A stretch of 63,417 nucleotides of DNA, counting the filler, from Chiloscyllium plagiosum (Eukaryota): the NCBI RefSeq assembly GCF_004010195.1. It is 5 parts of one record of this genome, joined end to end, with 100 filler letters (N's around TTAATTAATTAA, not from the genome) between each part and the next. Parts side by side here need not be neighbours in the genome. Positions count along the whole stretch, not along the records: positions 58,943 to 63,417 come from NC_057711.1; 4 more parts are not named here. The stretch is one strand, 5' to 3'. The stretch's first letter is position 1. Each line of letters begins with the position of its first letter. Below, one piece after another: positions 62,506-63,417 of the stretch. The notes beneath the pieces were generated by a model, which was not told the origin of the DNA, made no database searches, and saw only the letters and a list, made by a program, of their open reading frames with translations. The position numbers and the translations under genes were made by a program.

Positions 62506-63198
62506 AATCGTCCGGGCAAATCCAAGACCCCTCAGGAGGGGAAACTCTATCCAGAACATCCCGAGCATGGAGCATATAAAATTCACAAAAATAAAGGCTC
62601 TCTAATACACTCACAACAGTATAATAAAAAACTCTTTCTAAATAATAAAAACAAATAAAACGTATTTAAATGGAGATTTTCCCCCTTGTTCCCAGGGGGT
62701 GTCACTTTCTTTCCAAAGGTCCATCGTATCCTCTCCTAACCAATGCCCCACCCTTGACCCAGGCACTCCTCAATAGAATGAGGAGAATTCAGATATAATA
62801 CAAAGCTAGAGTTAACAGTGAGCACCCTACCCCCCACCCACACCAACACATGGATATATTTGGTAGGGTTAATACCATGTATAAACATATATAACTATAA
62901 AATTACAACCTCAACAAATAATAATTAAATATGATAATACAAAATAACAAGGGAAAACAACCCCGCTCCTAGAGACAGAGGTAAAATAGAATAAGGTAAC
63001 CACCTCCCCCCACCAACATTAACTACACCCCCTGGCATTTTTATTTTTATATATATAACCCCCTTGGGGTTGTTTTTTTTTCCCTCTCCCCACCCCGCAA
63101 GATAATATTAAACAGTAAGGTAAGAAAAAAGAAAAAGGGGGGAGGGATATAAGCCAGAGTGGGGGAAAGGCAAACCAACATCCATTATCTCTTACAAT

Positions 63199-63417
63199 TT
63201 ATCTAAGAGAGTCCAAAAATTCTTTAGCCTTTTCTGGCAATCCGAAGTTATACACGGATCCTTCATGGTTAAAGCGTAGCGTCGCTGGGTAGCGTAAGGA
63301 GTACTGAATATTTAAGTCCCTTAAACGCTTCTTCGCCTCATCGAATGCCTTCCTCTTTCGGACCAGAGCTGGGGAAAAGTCCTGGAATAACATGATCTTG
63401 GATCCTTTATAGATCAT
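63199..63417 (-). CDS. L1 ORF1p C-terminal part (element continues beyond the window)
   Basis: FQDFSPALVRKRKAF...YSLRYPATLRF...AKEFL matches the L1 ORF1 C-terminal domain; a ~690 bp spacer separates it from ORF2. Confidence 0.88.
   Translation of the reverse strand: MIYKGSKIMLFQDFSPALVRKRKAFDEAKKRLRDLNIQYSLRYPATLRFNHEGSVYNFGLPEKAKEFLDSLR

Overview
This is vertebrate genomic DNA, most likely from a cartilaginous fish (inferred from HE1-like V-SINEs and HER1-like CR1 LINEs). It consists mostly of nested, largely decayed retroelements, and I recognise no host protein-coding gene. The main contents are many CR1 LINE fragments, a second CR1/L2-group LINE family, a young L1 (ORF1 end plus ORF2, 58943-63417, minus), and two Ty3/Gypsy relics. 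One Gypsy relic has the inverted Gmr1-type order PR-IN-RT-RH, with PPT and 3' LTR. There are also seven HE1-like SINE copies, a TA-flanked Tc1/mariner-type MITE, and more than a dozen Penelope-like element (PLE) pieces from at least three families. Many PLE pieces are short, often foldback, insertions with 12-14 bp target-site duplications and a minimal hammerhead ribozyme core (CUGANGA-stem II-GAAA); several breakpoints fall at that core. Non-TE structure includes a ~387 bp direct duplication, a ~250 bp-arm inverted duplication, and a few weak splice-signal candidates. Four 100-bp N spacers containing TTAATTAATTAA are artificial scaffolding linkers. I found no convincing novel multi-gene system; the best candidate for follow-up is the set of hammerhead-bearing PLE mini-insertions.
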